A DNA stretch of 64,000 nt from Chrysomallon squamiferum (GCA_012295275.1 CM022665.1:46500001-46564000); one strand, 5' to 3'. Positions 29,560 to 44,746 are shown, numbered from the stretch's first letter. The notes: generated from the letters alone by a model not told the origin. Numbers and translations: made by a program.

Positions 29560-30045
29560 CTTATCAATTAGCAGAACGTAATGACGTTAACGCGAAGGTA
29601 AACGATACTGCGAAGTGACGTCAAAACACGAACGTAAATGACGTTGCGAACTGGCGTAAAAACACGAACGTAAATGGCGTTTCAAACTGACGTAAAAACA
29701 CGAACGTAATAATGTCACACAAACTGCCGCAAACACGCTCGTTTCCGCTGCTAACTAGGCGCGTTGAATGACGGGAGTCGTCGTAGTAGCAGCAGCGCTT
29801 AAAACGAAGACGCACGGAACACAGGCGCGAGATTGGATATTAGCTGTTTTATCGATTGTTTTGAGCCTTCGCGAATCTCCTTTCTTCGTGATTTTCGTTC
29901 GAGCGTCAGATCCAGGCGAACGCTGATTTCTTGTTTTCCAGCCACGAAGCGACCCGCAAACACTCTGATCTGTTTTCTATCAAACGGCGGACTTCGGGAA
30001 AATATTTGATATTGAGCGAAAAACATATAAAGCTCAGTTCGCATA
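29560..30045. promoter_or_regulatory. CpG island with CRE and a short ~36-bp repeat
   Basis: Dense CpG, TGACGTCA at 29616-29623, about three copies of aaaacacgaacgtaaatg…cgta at ~29623-29710. Confidence 0.4.
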
Positions 30046-30407
30046 GGTTATTATTAGTTTAAATGAAAGATCTGCTTGTTTTGGTTGTTTTTGTTTTTTT
30101 TTTTTTTGGGTGTTTTTTTTTAATAGAACGTGAAATAAAAGACGTTTTAGGTTAATGTAATGGAAGAATATTCTATTTGTTAATGGATAAAATAAAATAA
30201 AATAATAAATAAAATAAAATAATAATAATAATAGTAATAATAATAATAATAATAAATAATAATAATAGTAATAATAAATTAATTAATTAATGTAATTATT
30301 ATTATATTCGTGTACAGACACATATACACATACATACACATACGTACGTACATTCAGTAATAAATAATACTATTAATAACAATAAAATATGTTTTTATAT
30401 TTCAGTG

Positions 30408-30557
30408 TTTTGAAATCAAAGGCAAATATAAATAAGGTGATAGGTCAAGATATATTTTTGAAATCAAAGACAAATATAAATAAGGTGATAGGTCAAGATA
30501 TATTTTTTAAATCAAAGGCAAATATAAATAAGGTGATAGGTCAAGATATATTTTTGA
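30408..30557 (+). repeat. 48-bp tandem repeat x3
   Basis: Unit tttttgaaatcaaaggcaaatataaataaggtgataggtcaagatata. Confidence 0.95.
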
Positions 30558-30828
30558 GATCGTTCGGTCATACGATCAGTTCTCGGCGCCTCAGAAAGAT
30601 ATATTGATGATGTTTATAACTAGTAGTTTTTAGTACAAAGTTGTTGAGGAGTTATATCAGTCTTTTGTTATAGAATTATTTCATATATGTAAAAACAACT
30701 GTGTTTAATGTGGTTAACGAAATGTTCATTTATTCTATAAACGTCTGTGTTAGGGAGAAAGACAGAGAGACAGAGAGAGAGAGATAGAGAGAGAAACAGA
30801 CAGACAGACAGAGAGAGAGGGAGGGAGG

Positions 30829-30870
<42 letters not shown>

Positions 30871-30876
30871 GAGAGA

Positions 30877-30967
<91 letters not shown>

Positions 30968-31019
30968 GGACATAGTGAAACAGACCGAGAGAGAAGAGAG
31001 AAGAGACGGACAGAAACAG

Positions 31020-31094
<75 letters not shown>

Positions 31095-32097
31095 CGTCTG
31101 AATGACGATCATACAGAAAAGAGAGTTGGTTACTTTGTCGTTCTGCATTTTGTTAATTATAATTTTGGTTACATGTTTTTCGGCCATCAAACCAGTGACA
31201 GACTGTTTATTATGAAACGCTCACAAATTTTTTTTTTTTTTTTTTTTTTTTTCATTATCGTAACTGCAGCGATTTCTCTTCTTAACAGGCCCGAAAACAG
31301 GATTCAATTAAACTGGCTTAGAAGGCAAATATCCTCCTCATACTTTTTTAAAAACAGAGACCATTCGACGCCAGCAGCCATAGCAGTGGATATATTGCTT
31401 TTCATAAAGGACTGAAAAAAATACGTTATTGAAATGAAAATCAACGTGTGGGGACATTATCCTCTGCAAAGCCAAAATCATCTTCTTTTATTTCAGAGGC
31501 TTTTTGTCAGCGTGTCTTTTTTTTTTTTTTTTTTTCCCCATTTCTTTGTAATTTCTAGTAAAGGCAAGGATGTACTCTTGATATAACTGTTGATGAGAAG
31601 ATCATGTTTTTTGTTGTTTGTTGTTGTTTTTTTTTTTTTTTTTTTTTTTTTTTATCCGAGCAGCAAAGAAAAATGCCTCAAATGAATATATAGCAGAAGC
31701 GTATGCCTTTGCTAATAATAAAGTAACAAATTCGAAAAGAGCCTTTTTTTTTAATTAATTTTTTTTCTTGACGTCATTTCGTGTAGTAGAGTAACGTAAA
31801 TTTAAAAAAATCAAAACTCCCGCTGACTCAATAAATTATTCGCGGTTTCGTGAGTCAAAGTTTTAACGTAAAAACGTTGTCTGCTATTGGTAGTAATAGC
31901 ATCAACGCAAATGTTATCATAAAGTATCTGAAAGCATTTTCAAACCGATCGTATAGTAAATTTTTAAAAAATGATATCAGTTTAGATAAATATTATATCT
32001 TTAGAAAGTTTGTAAGTATTAAAAACACACACAAACAATTCCAAGCTAATGTTGACAATTCTTGGGATTTCATTAGAATGGATTTTCAATTTGAGTT

Positions 32098-32130
<33 letters not shown>

Positions 32131-32983
32131 TACCAAAATATCCCACGAAGTATTATTATTTCGTTATTTCATTAGCTTTCTTTCATATTACGTTATTACC
32201 TCATTATTTACCAATTTTGCAAAAATACAAAAACGAACAAATACAAATAAATCAATGGATATCTTGTTTTCAGAACCATATCGTGCAATGGGATCAAAAC
32301 GAACGGCCTGATAATAAACGAACTGATGATTCTAAAAAATAAAAAAACAAAAAAAAATAAATAAAAAAACTCTTAATCAGACCAAGCTTTACTTGTTCGC
32401 AGTTTCTCTTTTCGGCAATGACCACTCTTAATTAAAACGCGATATCCAACATCCAGTGTGATAAAAATATATATATAACTTTATATTACGGCTAGACAAC
32501 CCCCCCCCACAAAAAAAAGTCACACATCGGGTTTCTATTTGAGACGGAGGTTAAGGATCGCCAGGCCGATATATTCGTCCAAAAGCCGAAGCTGCCAGTT
32601 TTCATTATGCTGAAGACAACGGAACGAAATCCAGAGATGTCAGACACTGACATCTGTTTGAAATGTGATATACGGCAGAGGGAATTTCAATTATTTTTTT
32701 TACTTCACTGTTATATACAAGCTCGGATTACTACGTCTGGAATGACCGCTCGAAACAAGCTGTTATCTCTTATTGATTGTAACGTCTTTTCGTGTCACAG
32801 GCGCAACGAGATGAGATAACAAAGAAGCTTCTTCGCCAGAACAAGAACGTTTTGTATTGTGATGTTTGAAATGTCTGATGATGAAGATTTGCTTTACGAC
32901 GTATACGCACAGAAGAAGCTGGTTTCAAACAGCTCTGCCCAAAGACGTCTTGTTAAAAAAAAAAAAAAAAAGATTCAGACGGA

Positions 32984-33412
32984 TGATAATTCTCAGAGAT
33001 GTTTAAACATCGTTTATGGTCCTTCGGTTCTTGAACTGGATAATTCACAGAGATGTTTAAACATCATTTATGGTCCTTCAGTTCTTGAACTGGATAATTC
33101 ACAGAGATGTTTAAACATCATTTATAGTCCTTCATTACTTAAACTGGATAATTCTCAGAGATGTTTAAACATCATTTGTAGTTCTTCAGTTCTTGAACTA
33201 GATAATTCTCAGAGATGTCTAAACATCGTTTGTAGTCCTTCAGTTCTTGAACTGGATAATTCACAGAGATGTCTAAACATCGTTTGTAGTCCTTCAGTTC
33301 TTGAACTGGATAATCTTTTAAACACAGAGAAATGTCTAAACATCTTTTTGTAGTTCTTCAGTCTTGAACTGGATAAGAACAGAGATGTTTAAACATCATT
33401 TGTAGTTCTTCA
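32984..33412 (+). repeat. 54-bp minisatellite, ~8 copies
   Basis: Unit ggataattc[t/a]cagagatgtttaaacatc[g/a]ttt[a/g]t[g/a]gtccttcagttcttgaact, containing the 14-bp palindrome GATGTTTAAACATC. Confidence 0.96.
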
Positions 33413-35094
33413 GTACTTGGTAACTTCATAGAGAAATGAATTGTAAATTTCTGTGATTGTAATTGAGTTATTTTGTCTGTCAAGAATAGAATTACATCTA
33501 AACTTGTTACTTTTGTTGTCGCTGCTGTTGTTGTTCTTATTATTATTATTACTACTACTACTATTATTATTATTATTATTACTTGGGAATCTTAAGGAAT
33601 TGTTTCATTTCAGATGTATTTTAAGATATATCCGATCAATTTATGAGGCGTATTGGTAAATATTTTAAAATGTTATTTATTTACGTTCCTAATTCAGTTT
33701 TAAAATATTTGACGATAATTATATCATATTCTTTAGAACGTACCAATCGTTTATATACGACCTATATGTCAATGGATATCATATCAACGATCTGTGTATT
33801 AAAGATGAGATGTCAACTGTCTGAATGTCAAAGGATAAAATGTCAACATACAAAATGTCAAAGGATCTATATATCAAAGAACATAAAGTCAGCAGATACA
33901 ATTTCAGCTACTGTTACGGTGCCTCAGACAAAATATCAATTTTCAAAAACAAATTCAGATGCTGAGCCTCTCTAAGATAAATGACTTTGCGGACAAAGTC
34001 AGAGGTAAAGAGGGTAACAAGGCTTTTATTAATAAATAATAAATTATAAATCTGCTACATTGTGAGTGTCTTGGGTCAGAATATGAACACAGAATATCAC
34101 CGTCTACATTTCGATCTGTCTTTTTAGTTATCCTTGATAATTATATCGATTAGAGTTATCTTGTTGCGTCTTGTTGTGTATACATAATTATCCTTAATAC
34201 ATGGAATATAGATATCTTGATGTGTCTTGTTCTATACATTATTATCCTTGATACATCGGTTATAGACAGATTTATCTAATTACTTAGTTGAGTAACAAAA
34301 GAACAAACACAAAAATATTGTTTAAAATAAAATACTAAAATGTGAAAGAATTAGTCTATATAATAAAATCTATTTATATACATAATTAATTATATTTCAG
34401 AAATATTGCTTTTCATTTTTATTTTAATGGAACCATGTTGGCTAATATATAATATGATGGAATATAAAAAAATATTTCATGTGCATGTGTGTGCGTGTGT
34501 GTGTGTGCATTTTGTGTCTATGAATGTGTATCAGATATACCTACTACGTCTTCTTTGTCGTTCCAAATGATCCATTACAAAACTAATAAAACAACTAATA
34601 GTCATATCTCTAGAATAGAATAATTTCATTATTGCTTGCCTACGTTTGGTGCAGCTTCTGATTACGATATTAACCTCTTTCTGGAGCTTCAGAATCTGAG
34701 AAACACGAGAGGACGAAGTGGTCCCTGTTATTCGTTTTGTCGTGAAGAACTCAAGACACCCCAAACCAGAATGTCACGTATCTTTTCATACTCAGCACTG
34801 AGTAATGAGTAACTCAAAGCGAAGCTTGACGTCTGAAACAAACTCGTTCATATGCTGAAGTGTTTTTGTCAATGGATGTTTGTTTAACGATACATCAACA
34901 CGGTTTAGTGATTGTCATTCGAAAAAAAAAAAAAAAAAAGCGTTTGAATTTCCTGACATCTCGGTTATCTGTATCGATTAGCGATTAGGTGTGTTTTATA
35001 AGCGTCGCCTCATTGACAGAAAAATGTTAGTGTGTGTTTATATACATACATACACACACACATACATACATACATATATACATACATACATACA

Positions 35095-35141
<47 letters not shown>

Positions 35142-35874
35142 ATGTATATGCATATATCTATGTATTTATATGTATCTATATGTTTGTAAATATTAATATC
35201 ATTTACACACATATACACGTAAACATACATTCTACATACATACATACACACATACATACATCTGCAAACACTTACATGCATTTGTCTGCGTACTTATTTA
35301 CATACATTGCACTGAATACGTCAATAAACGGAAATAATTCAATGGATATACTACGAAGGATAGTTTTTCGAATGTAATATATAACTATATCACATCGTTT
35401 CGTATCATGTATCATATTATATTATAATAAATTAAATTTTACTATCTGGAAAGCCAAGATCTTTTTTTTTTGTTTTAGTTTTTTATGAAACATTGGCTGT
35501 AGGCTAAAAGATATAAAATTACATTAAAAAGCATTAAATGATTTAAGTTTCGTAGGCGTTGGTAGATTATAATCTTAAACAAGTTAAAATTAAAGTGGAT
35601 TAAAGTATGCTTCAAATACCTAACCTAGTTACATGTGATCTAACCTAACTGGTTTGTACAGATTGTTTATTAAAGTGTATTTCTCAGTTTAAACGTAAAA
35701 AACGCGAGTCAAAAGGCAAAGACAGAAAATTTCAGTAATATATTAGTAAAGAAGAAAACTGTAACAGTGAGTAAAATATATATATATATTTTTTTTTTCG
35801 TATATGATATATTTTACTTATTTAACGAAATCATTAATAATAATAATAATAATAAAGTAATAATGATAATAATA

Positions 35875-35924
<50 letters not shown>

Positions 35925-37930
35925 TAATAAATAAAAAATCTGGCGATAATTGTTATTCATAAGTTTCAAATCTTCACCCTGATATCAAAACATTCATAAG
36001 ACAGAAATAACTAAAACTGGTTTGTATGAAATCAAATATTAAATTAATCAACATATTTTTATAGGACATTTGAACTTGTGTTTTGTTTAGTTGGGTTACA
36101 TCTTATAAAAAATATTTAAAAAAATTATAAAGTATCATATTATTTTAAATTCTCTTCTATAATCATTTTCAAACTTCATCTAAAACTAAAATATTCTTTA
36201 AAAAAAACCATAAAGGCAGCAGACTTCAACCTACATCGACGCCTACAAACCAAACGACGTTGTTTACAACAACAACTACAACTACTACTACAAGCAATTC
36301 AACAAATCAATATAAAGCACTCGTCGATGAATTTCAAAAAAAAAAAAAAAAAAAAATCGAAAACTTTACGTATTGTGGCCAAGACTGAAAATCTGCACAA
36401 AGCAGAAATTTGAAAAACTCTGAGCCGAGTCAAAAATCTTTGTTAATCAGTCATGGACGAAGAAATTAAAATTGGCCACGTTTTTTTTTTTTAAAATCAA
36501 GTGATTACTGACGTCAGCTGACTGAACGCTGCTGGCGGGGAGACATCACCCACCCTCCCCTCTTCAGTTATCAACACGACAAATCTGCCACATGGCAATT
36601 CATGTTGATCTTGGGAAAGAAAAAACTAAAATTGTTGACGTGCATGATTCCACCCCTAGGATGAACAGTTTGTAACGTGTCAGTATTATATTAATAATAA
36701 TAGTGATGATAATGATGATGATGATGATGATGATGAAGATGATGATGATAATAATAACAATAACAACAATAATAGTAATAATAATAACGATAAATAACAA
36801 TAATAATAATAATTGTAATAACAGTAATAATAATAATAATGTAATAACAATAATAATAATACATAATAATATTAATAATAATAATAATAATAACAATAAT
36901 AATAATAACGATACATAATAATAATAATAATAATAATAAGAATAACGATAACAACAATAATAGTAATAATAATAACGATAAATAATAATAATAATAATAA
37001 TAATAATAGTAATAATAATAATAACAGTCATAATAATAATGATGGTGTTAGCTGTAAACTATTTTTACTAATGGAATTCGTCTCTCTGGTGATTGTCAGA
37101 CGGGCAGGAACAGGTCACGTGATTAATTATAGCACAGCACAGAATTCCTGAAACTAACCGCATGACTAAGACTTTTAAGACGTGTCATTTGAGTGTCAGA
37201 GCCTCATGAATATTCATGAAATACTCGAGTATATTAATTTTGATAGGACCGGCGAACAGTTTGTTGTTAGATAATTATTTACAGCGTGATCTTGTTTTGA
37301 ACAAAAACAATATTAGAAAGAAAGAAAAAAAAAAAAGAAAAGAAAGAAAGAAAAAAAAATAAAGTAAAAAAAATAAATTAAAAAACGTAATTTCGAAACG
37401 TTAAATTTGACTTCAGTTCTTTAAGCATTTAAAATATGAGTAAGTAAGAAAGAAAGAAGGAATGGGCGAGAGAAATAAAGAAACCAGTTATGGAAACATT
37501 CAAAACATTGAAAATACATAATCTGAGGGTTTTTTTCAGTTTTATAGTGATAAAATCAGCCAGTTCCTTATCAACTTTGATTAAAATAAAACAGTGATCA
37601 GAATAATAAATATTATAATAATGACGAATACAGCCGTTTTATAGAATACAATGATGTTCTTATTTCTCTGTATGTTAAAAATGAAAGACAATTTGCAATA
37701 GTTAATGTCTATGTGTTATAAAGAAAAGTTTTACTTAAGTCCAATGAGTGGATTTATTGTGAAACTAATAAAGCTTAACCTTCAGGACTCCTAATCTCAA
37801 AGAAGCCCCAGAAGATTTTTTTTTATTTTTATTTTTATTTTTTTTATTCAAAATTTTAATCACAATCTGATATATGCCTATTTTTTATTTATTTTTAGAA
37901 TCTGTTACGTAATAAACGACAGAAGAAGAT

Positions 37931-38030
37931 AACCATGGTTACCCAGATCTCGCTCCACTGTTAAGAAATGTCCCTGTAACAGTTCAAGGTTAAAGGCCGC
38001 CCAAAATGGAGGTCTTAAGTTTTACAACGA
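37931..38030 (+). repeat. Interspersed repeat; inverted copy at ~48895-48995
   Basis: aaccatggttacccagatctcg…gtaacagttcaag…aggcc…aaaat…aggtc matches the reverse complement of the 48.9-kb copy (aaccatgattacccagacctcg…gtgacagttcaaa…aggccctaaaatttaggtc). Confidence 0.7.
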
Positions 38031-38509
38031 ATTCATACTTTTCTCGTTCGTATTAATAACCAGTGGTTCTGTGAGCTGAAATGAATGTTTGAACGTCAGT
38101 AAAGTGCATTTCCTTCGTCTTCTAAATAATCCTGTACTTGTTCTGTAACTACTAGTTTTAGCTATTAAAATAAAAGAAATTTTCTTCAGTTTATTATGTC
38201 CAGCTTGGGGCATGGAGATTGATATACTTGTTCTGAAAATATATAATAACAACAATAATAATAATAATAATAATAATAACAACAAATAATAATAATAAAT
38301 AATAAATAACAACAACAATAATTACAATAACAATAACAACAACAATAATAATAACAATAATAAATAACAATAACAACAATAATAATAATAATAATAATAA
38401 TAACAACAATAATAATAATAACAATAAACAACAACAACAACAATAATAATAATAACAAATAATAACAACAACAACAACAACAACAACAGACAATAATAAT
38501 AATAATAAA

Positions 38510-38548
<39 letters not shown>

Positions 38549-39113
38549 GTAATACTAATAGTAGTAGTTTTAGTCGTTAAAACTAACAGAAATTTTCCCC
38601 AGCTCGTCATGTCCAACTTGGAGCATGGGAAGCGTGCTTGAGCAACTTACGAACGTCTTCATATCTCAAATTAGGTAAAAAAAACAACAAAAAAAAACGA
38701 TTATGATCGGTGGGAAAAGTACATTAATTCTCTTTCTTCTGCCGAATCGAATCGAAGCAGTACTGCGAGAGTCTTATCATTTCACACCGGACACCATTTC
38801 ATTGCTGCGCCACATCGTATTTGTACGCTGATGGCAGATAGCAGGCCACCAGACAGCCAGTCGCATCTTCGCCAATACTATGGCGTCTGATCTCTGGAGG
38901 GAGATAAAAAAACAAAACAAAATGATGATCATCGCGAAGAGCCGAAAATGGCCGTCAAACGCCGATGGAACGAAATAGTTAGTTTCTGAAACCTTCTGAC
39001 GTTGTTATTAGAAGAATCAAAAAGTGGGCAGAGGAAAATCAATTACATTTGCATCTATATGACAAAGTCACTCGGACTTTTATCTGATACGTTGCGAATA
39101 CGTCTTCTGCTGA

Positions 39114-39145
<32 letters not shown>

Positions 39146-39564
39146 AAAAGAAGAAAAGGAAAATCGACCCGAATGGAACAGGAAAGTTTCGATAAGTAAA
39201 ATACAAGCACGTTATGTGTGGGCACACATTCATAAATTTGAATTGTCTTTGTGAGACAGTTTCTAAAATTGTTATTAATGCATTTAAGAGTTTTTGTGTA
39301 AGTTCGCAGTCTGTGATATGTTTTGTAAATTTAGATTTTTATTGTTTTATTTGTTTCTTTCGACCAGTATTTTATTTTAATAAAGTTTATCAAGTGAATA
39401 AAAAAAATATGTGATGATTTAAGAAGACATACATTTTCTGTTGTTTCGTCACTTTATTTAAAGATATTATTGTCGTACTTTATTGTTATTAAACGTTGAT
39501 GTCAAGAAATTATCTCTATATTATGTACATAGCTATCATTTTATCTATCTTCTGTCTTTATCTA

Positions 39565-39599
<35 letters not shown>

Positions 39600-39616
39600 A
39601 TCTATCTATCTATCTA

Positions 39617-39687
<71 letters not shown>

Positions 39688-39692
39688 ATATA

Positions 39693-39725
<33 letters not shown>

Positions 39726-40460
39726 CTGCTTTTCTGTTTATCTATGTCTTTATATAGTTATCATTCTATATCTCTATAATATATATATATATGATGTATG
39801 TGTGTGCATGTTTGTCTGTGTATCTATCTGTCTTTTCTTCTGCCTGTCTCTCTTTCTGTCTCTTTATTTGTCTTTCTTTCACTTTCAGTCTATCTATATA
39901 TATATTTTACTGCTAACTTGACACAGTCGTTAATGATTACTGTTTATTAACGTTGCTTCCTTCTTTGAGACACGCTAACCCAGGTGTGATATAATATCAG
40001 AAAACTCCCCGGTGTATGATATAATATCAGAAAAATCCCCCGAGGAATCAGCCCGATTCACAAATGATGAAAAGAGACACGGAGATTAAAATGAATAAAT
40101 CTGAACGTTCGGTGAATCGTTCTGTTTTACAACGCATCGTGAAATATTTCGTCTTTGACAAACGAACGAAATCAAAGGAGAACTGAGCCCGTCCTAAAGG
40201 TTAAGTGCGGTCACACGAAACTGAATTCAATTAACTGTAATCGAACTGAATTTAATTGCGTTACACGCAAATGAGCTGAATAAAAGTGAATTTAATTCAC
40301 GCCACTGAATCGAATTTAATTACCGTCAGTTAAATGGGAATAAATCAACAGAAAGCGAATTTTATAAAATAGAATATAAACTGAATTAAATGCAGTCCAT
40401 AAATACGGCAGCATATAATTACAGTTGATTGATGTTAGCAGAACATAAACAAGCAAAAAA

Positions 40461-40495
<35 letters not shown>

Positions 40496-40662
40496 ACGAA
40501 CGAACGAAGAACAAATAAAAAAAGAAGAAGAAGAAGAAGAAGAAAGAAAGAAACGAAGTAACAAACTATAAAAAAGAATCAAACAATAAAAAAAAAAAAA
40601 AAAAAAATAGAAACACATTGAAATATTTTCAGTTACATTTTTGGGTGCAAAACTGTATTTTA

Positions 40663-40739
<77 letters not shown>

Positions 40740-40824
40740 CAACAACATATTTAAAATTTATTTTGGTGTCTTCAATCATTCATTTTTTTTTTTAATTTTA
40801 CTTCAGGCCAACATTTGCCTTATA

Positions 40825-40909
<85 letters not shown>

Positions 40910-40912
40910 TAT

Positions 40913-40965
<53 letters not shown>

Positions 40966-42424
40966 TATATTTATTTATTATTCATTTATTCATTCATTCA
41001 TTCATTCATTTACTAACTTCACAGAACGAAACGAGAAATGAACTTGGTGACTTGAACTGTTACTTGCACTGCCATTTATTTTGTTTTTATTTTTTGCCCC
41101 TTTCCTCCACACATTTCCAATTAACAACGCATGTAATTTCACACGACTCAGGAGTCGCAACGGTAACTGATGAGATTATGTCGACATCGTTTCGTCTGAC
41201 AATTATTTTTGGGGGAAATTCATATCAATAATTTTCTGTCAGTTAAACAAAGGAAACAAAAACAGAAGCCAGATGCGAAAATAATTTTTGCAATTATCCT
41301 TCAACTGTTGAAATTTAATATTTCACTGATAACACTCGATATTAGTGTCTTCTGTTTGGAATGGGAAAATTAATAATATACTCGTCCGCACGTACGTATA
41401 TACATACATACATACATACATACATACATACATACATACATACATACATACATACATACATACATACATACATACCAACTTACATACACACTCGCATACA
41501 TACATACATACATACATACATACATGCATACATACATACATACATACATATATACATACATACATGAATGCATGCATGCATACATACATACATACCAACT
41601 TACATACACACTCACATACATGCATACGTTCATACGTACATATATACAATGCAACTAATAGTTTTTCTTTTCTTTTCTTTTAATTATTAAGGTGTCTGTA
41701 CGTATGTTAGTGTTAATTTCTCTGAAGACACGAAAGAGCGCCATGCATTTTTGCTTATAAACCTGTAATACATACACGCACGCACGCACGCACGCACACA
41801 CACACATATATTACAAACAAATATATATATACACACAACACACATAATTAGTGATACTTATAAATGACAAAAGGGCGGAATTAATTAAACTTTATATACA
41901 TGTTAGGATGGAAAAATAAAATAATGTAATTTGAGAATTTTGTTATTTAAAGCAAAATCGTTTTTATATACTTGGTCGTTTTTCTTTGATGTGAATAACT
42001 TTGTTTAAAAATGAACAGAAGATGTTGTTATTTAAAAAGAAAAATTTCATCTGAAATGTATTTCCTTTCATATCTTTTGTTCTTGTTCTGTAGTTTTTCT
42101 CTTTTTTTTAAATTTTTATTCAGGAGAAAAAAAAAAATTAAAAAAAACATTGGGATTCCATCATTTGCGACTATTATTAAATCTATCAAATTACTTAATC
42201 TATTAAAACAGTTCAAAGTGATTACATTTAATTATTCTTCTGTCTTAAGAATCTTTGGTTTAAAAGTCATCGGATATCTAAGCTGGAAATTACACTTGAT
42301 GTAATTTTAGTGTTTTTACAAAACATCACAAGATGAAATATTTCCACTCTGTTAACCCTGCAAAAGACGACTTAAAAAAATAATAATAAAAATTAAAAAT
42401 TCAGTGTGTAATTAAGCTGAAAGA

Positions 42425-42489
<65 letters not shown>

Positions 42490-42490
42490 T

Positions 42491-42538
<48 letters not shown>

Positions 42539-42573
42539 AATAAATAAAATAATACATACATACATACATATAC

Positions 42574-42619
<46 letters not shown>

Positions 42620-42924
42620 GTATTTTATTTATTTATATATATATATATATATTACGACTCAGCTATAAGATACTACAGTGTATTTCACTACTGTTTAACA
42701 ATTATCACTGTTCTGTTTAATGAACAAAAGGAAACCATTTACAAACGACGTGGTGATAAAAACTGGTTTTATCGTCTCATTCGAGATACAGAGAGAGCGA
42801 TTCGAGATACAGAGAGAACGATTCGAGATCGATTAGCAAGTCTCCTCGATAAAGTCTGCCAGGAGATCACAAGATACGAGAATCCTATGTGTACTTTACA
42901 GCACAGTCTCGTAAGTAGAGGAGA

Positions 42925-43830
42925 AAGAAGTCGTAAGTTGTTAATACAGTCCGGTAAAACAGAAGTCGTAAGTTGTTAATGCAGTCCGGTAAAATAGAAG
43001 TCGTAAGTTGTTAATACAGTCCGGTAAAACAGAAGTCGTAAGTTGTTAATGCAGTCCGGTAAAAGAGAAGTCGTAAGTTGTTAATGCAGTCCGGTAAAAT
43101 AGAAGTCGTAAGTTGTTAATGCAGTCCGGTAAAACAGAAGTATTTTGTAAGTTGTTAATGCAGTCCGGTAAAACAGAAGTCGTATTTTGTTAATGCAGTC
43201 CGGTAAAACAAAACAGTATTTCGTAAGTTGTTAATGCAGTCCGGTAAAACAGAAGTCGTAAGTTGTTAATGCAGTCCGGTAAAATAGAAGTCGTAAGTTG
43301 TTAATGCAGTCCGGTAAAATAGAAGTCGTATTTCTAAGTCTTAGACATGTCCGGTAAAATAGAAGTCGTATTTCTAAGTCTTAGACATGTCCGGTAAAAT
43401 AGAAGTTGTATTTGTAAGTCTTAGACATGTCCGGTAAAACAGACGTCGTATTTTGTAAGTCTTAGATAAGTCTTGTAAAACAGAAGTCGTATTTTGTAAG
43501 TCTTAGACATGTCCGGTAAAATAGAAGTCGTATTTTGTAAGACTTAGACATGTTCGGTAAAACAGAAGTCGTATTTTGTAAGACTTAGACATGTTCGGTA
43601 AAACAGAAGTCGTATTTTGTAAGACTTAGACATGTTCGGTAAAACAGAAGTCGTATTTTGTAAGACTTAGACATGTTCGGTAAAATAGAAGTCGTATTTT
43701 GTAAGACTTAGACAAGTCTTATAAAATGGACTTCACATTGATCTGAAAGCCGTCCCGTTAAACAGAAGTCTTTTTCGTAAGTTAGACCAGTCCGGTAAAA
43801 TAGAAGTCGTATTTGTAAGTCTTGTACAGT
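42925..43830 (+). repeat. 35-41-bp minisatellite with two sub-domains
   Basis: Left unit gtccggtaaaa[c/t]agaagtcgtaagttgttaatgca (35 bp) shifts at ~43330 to gt[c/t]cggtaaaa[c/t]agaagtcgtattttgtaag[t/a]cttagacat (~41 bp). Confidence 0.96.
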
Positions 43831-44695
43831 CCGGAAAAACAGGCTTCATGTTTGTCTTAGTCAGTTTCGTTAAAGTTAGTCCAGTCGGGTTTAATTGAAG
43901 TTATAATATTAGCTCACAGACCAATATATACCACTGGTATGCGACATGTCAATGTTTTACGTTTTAAGTATTAATATCCTGTGATCTTTCCACATTTAAA
44001 ATACAGCCGTTATTTTGAAGTACCTTTTGAATCTCTTAATATTTTAAAATATATAATTTTTTTTTTTAATTTTCAAAACATTCCCGTTACAGTGTTTGTT
44101 GTTTTTAATACTAAAATAATCTTCGTGTTATGATCTTCCTATTACCGTGTTTTGTTTTTTTAAATACCACATCACAGATAATCGACTCGATTCAAACTGA
44201 CTCCTAAGATAAACGGCTTTTCTTCGTTTAAAAACATGAATTCGATTTTTTTTTTTTTTCTTGACAAAACGTGTTATTTGAGAATTACTAGCATATCGAT
44301 CCTATGCCATGTTTATTGGCACGTTCCCCCCCAAGAGATCTTGTTAAAGAAACAAACTCTCAAGTACGCGTGGTCCCTTGATATGCGACCAAGTCTGCGA
44401 GCTTCTACGGAAAACGCCGAGAGTGGACAGAACGGAAAAGATCGATCGAGTGCGTCAGTCGGCCATTAGCACGATTGGGCGAATTAATCAAGTGTGTCAA
44501 GTGAAAAATTAAGTTAATAGCCGGGGATGTCGGAGAATTGGTGAAAATTCCGTCTGGAATTGTTAGTGAGTTATTACCGGCAGTCTAAAGTAGGTCTGGA
44601 TCTTGTTTAAGCAGAAAACATCCAGCCAGTCGGCTTAAATCACGCCGACAAAGGCTGGTACGTATCAGAAAAAAAAAAAATAATAAAAAAATAAA

Positions 44696-44746
<51 letters not shown>

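Noticed and set aside
38800-38893. Minus-strand HSIGEDATGCLVACYL resembling the dual-specificity phosphatase motif
   Set aside because: Lacks the catalytic CX5R, stops soon after, and no other phosphatase exons are visible.
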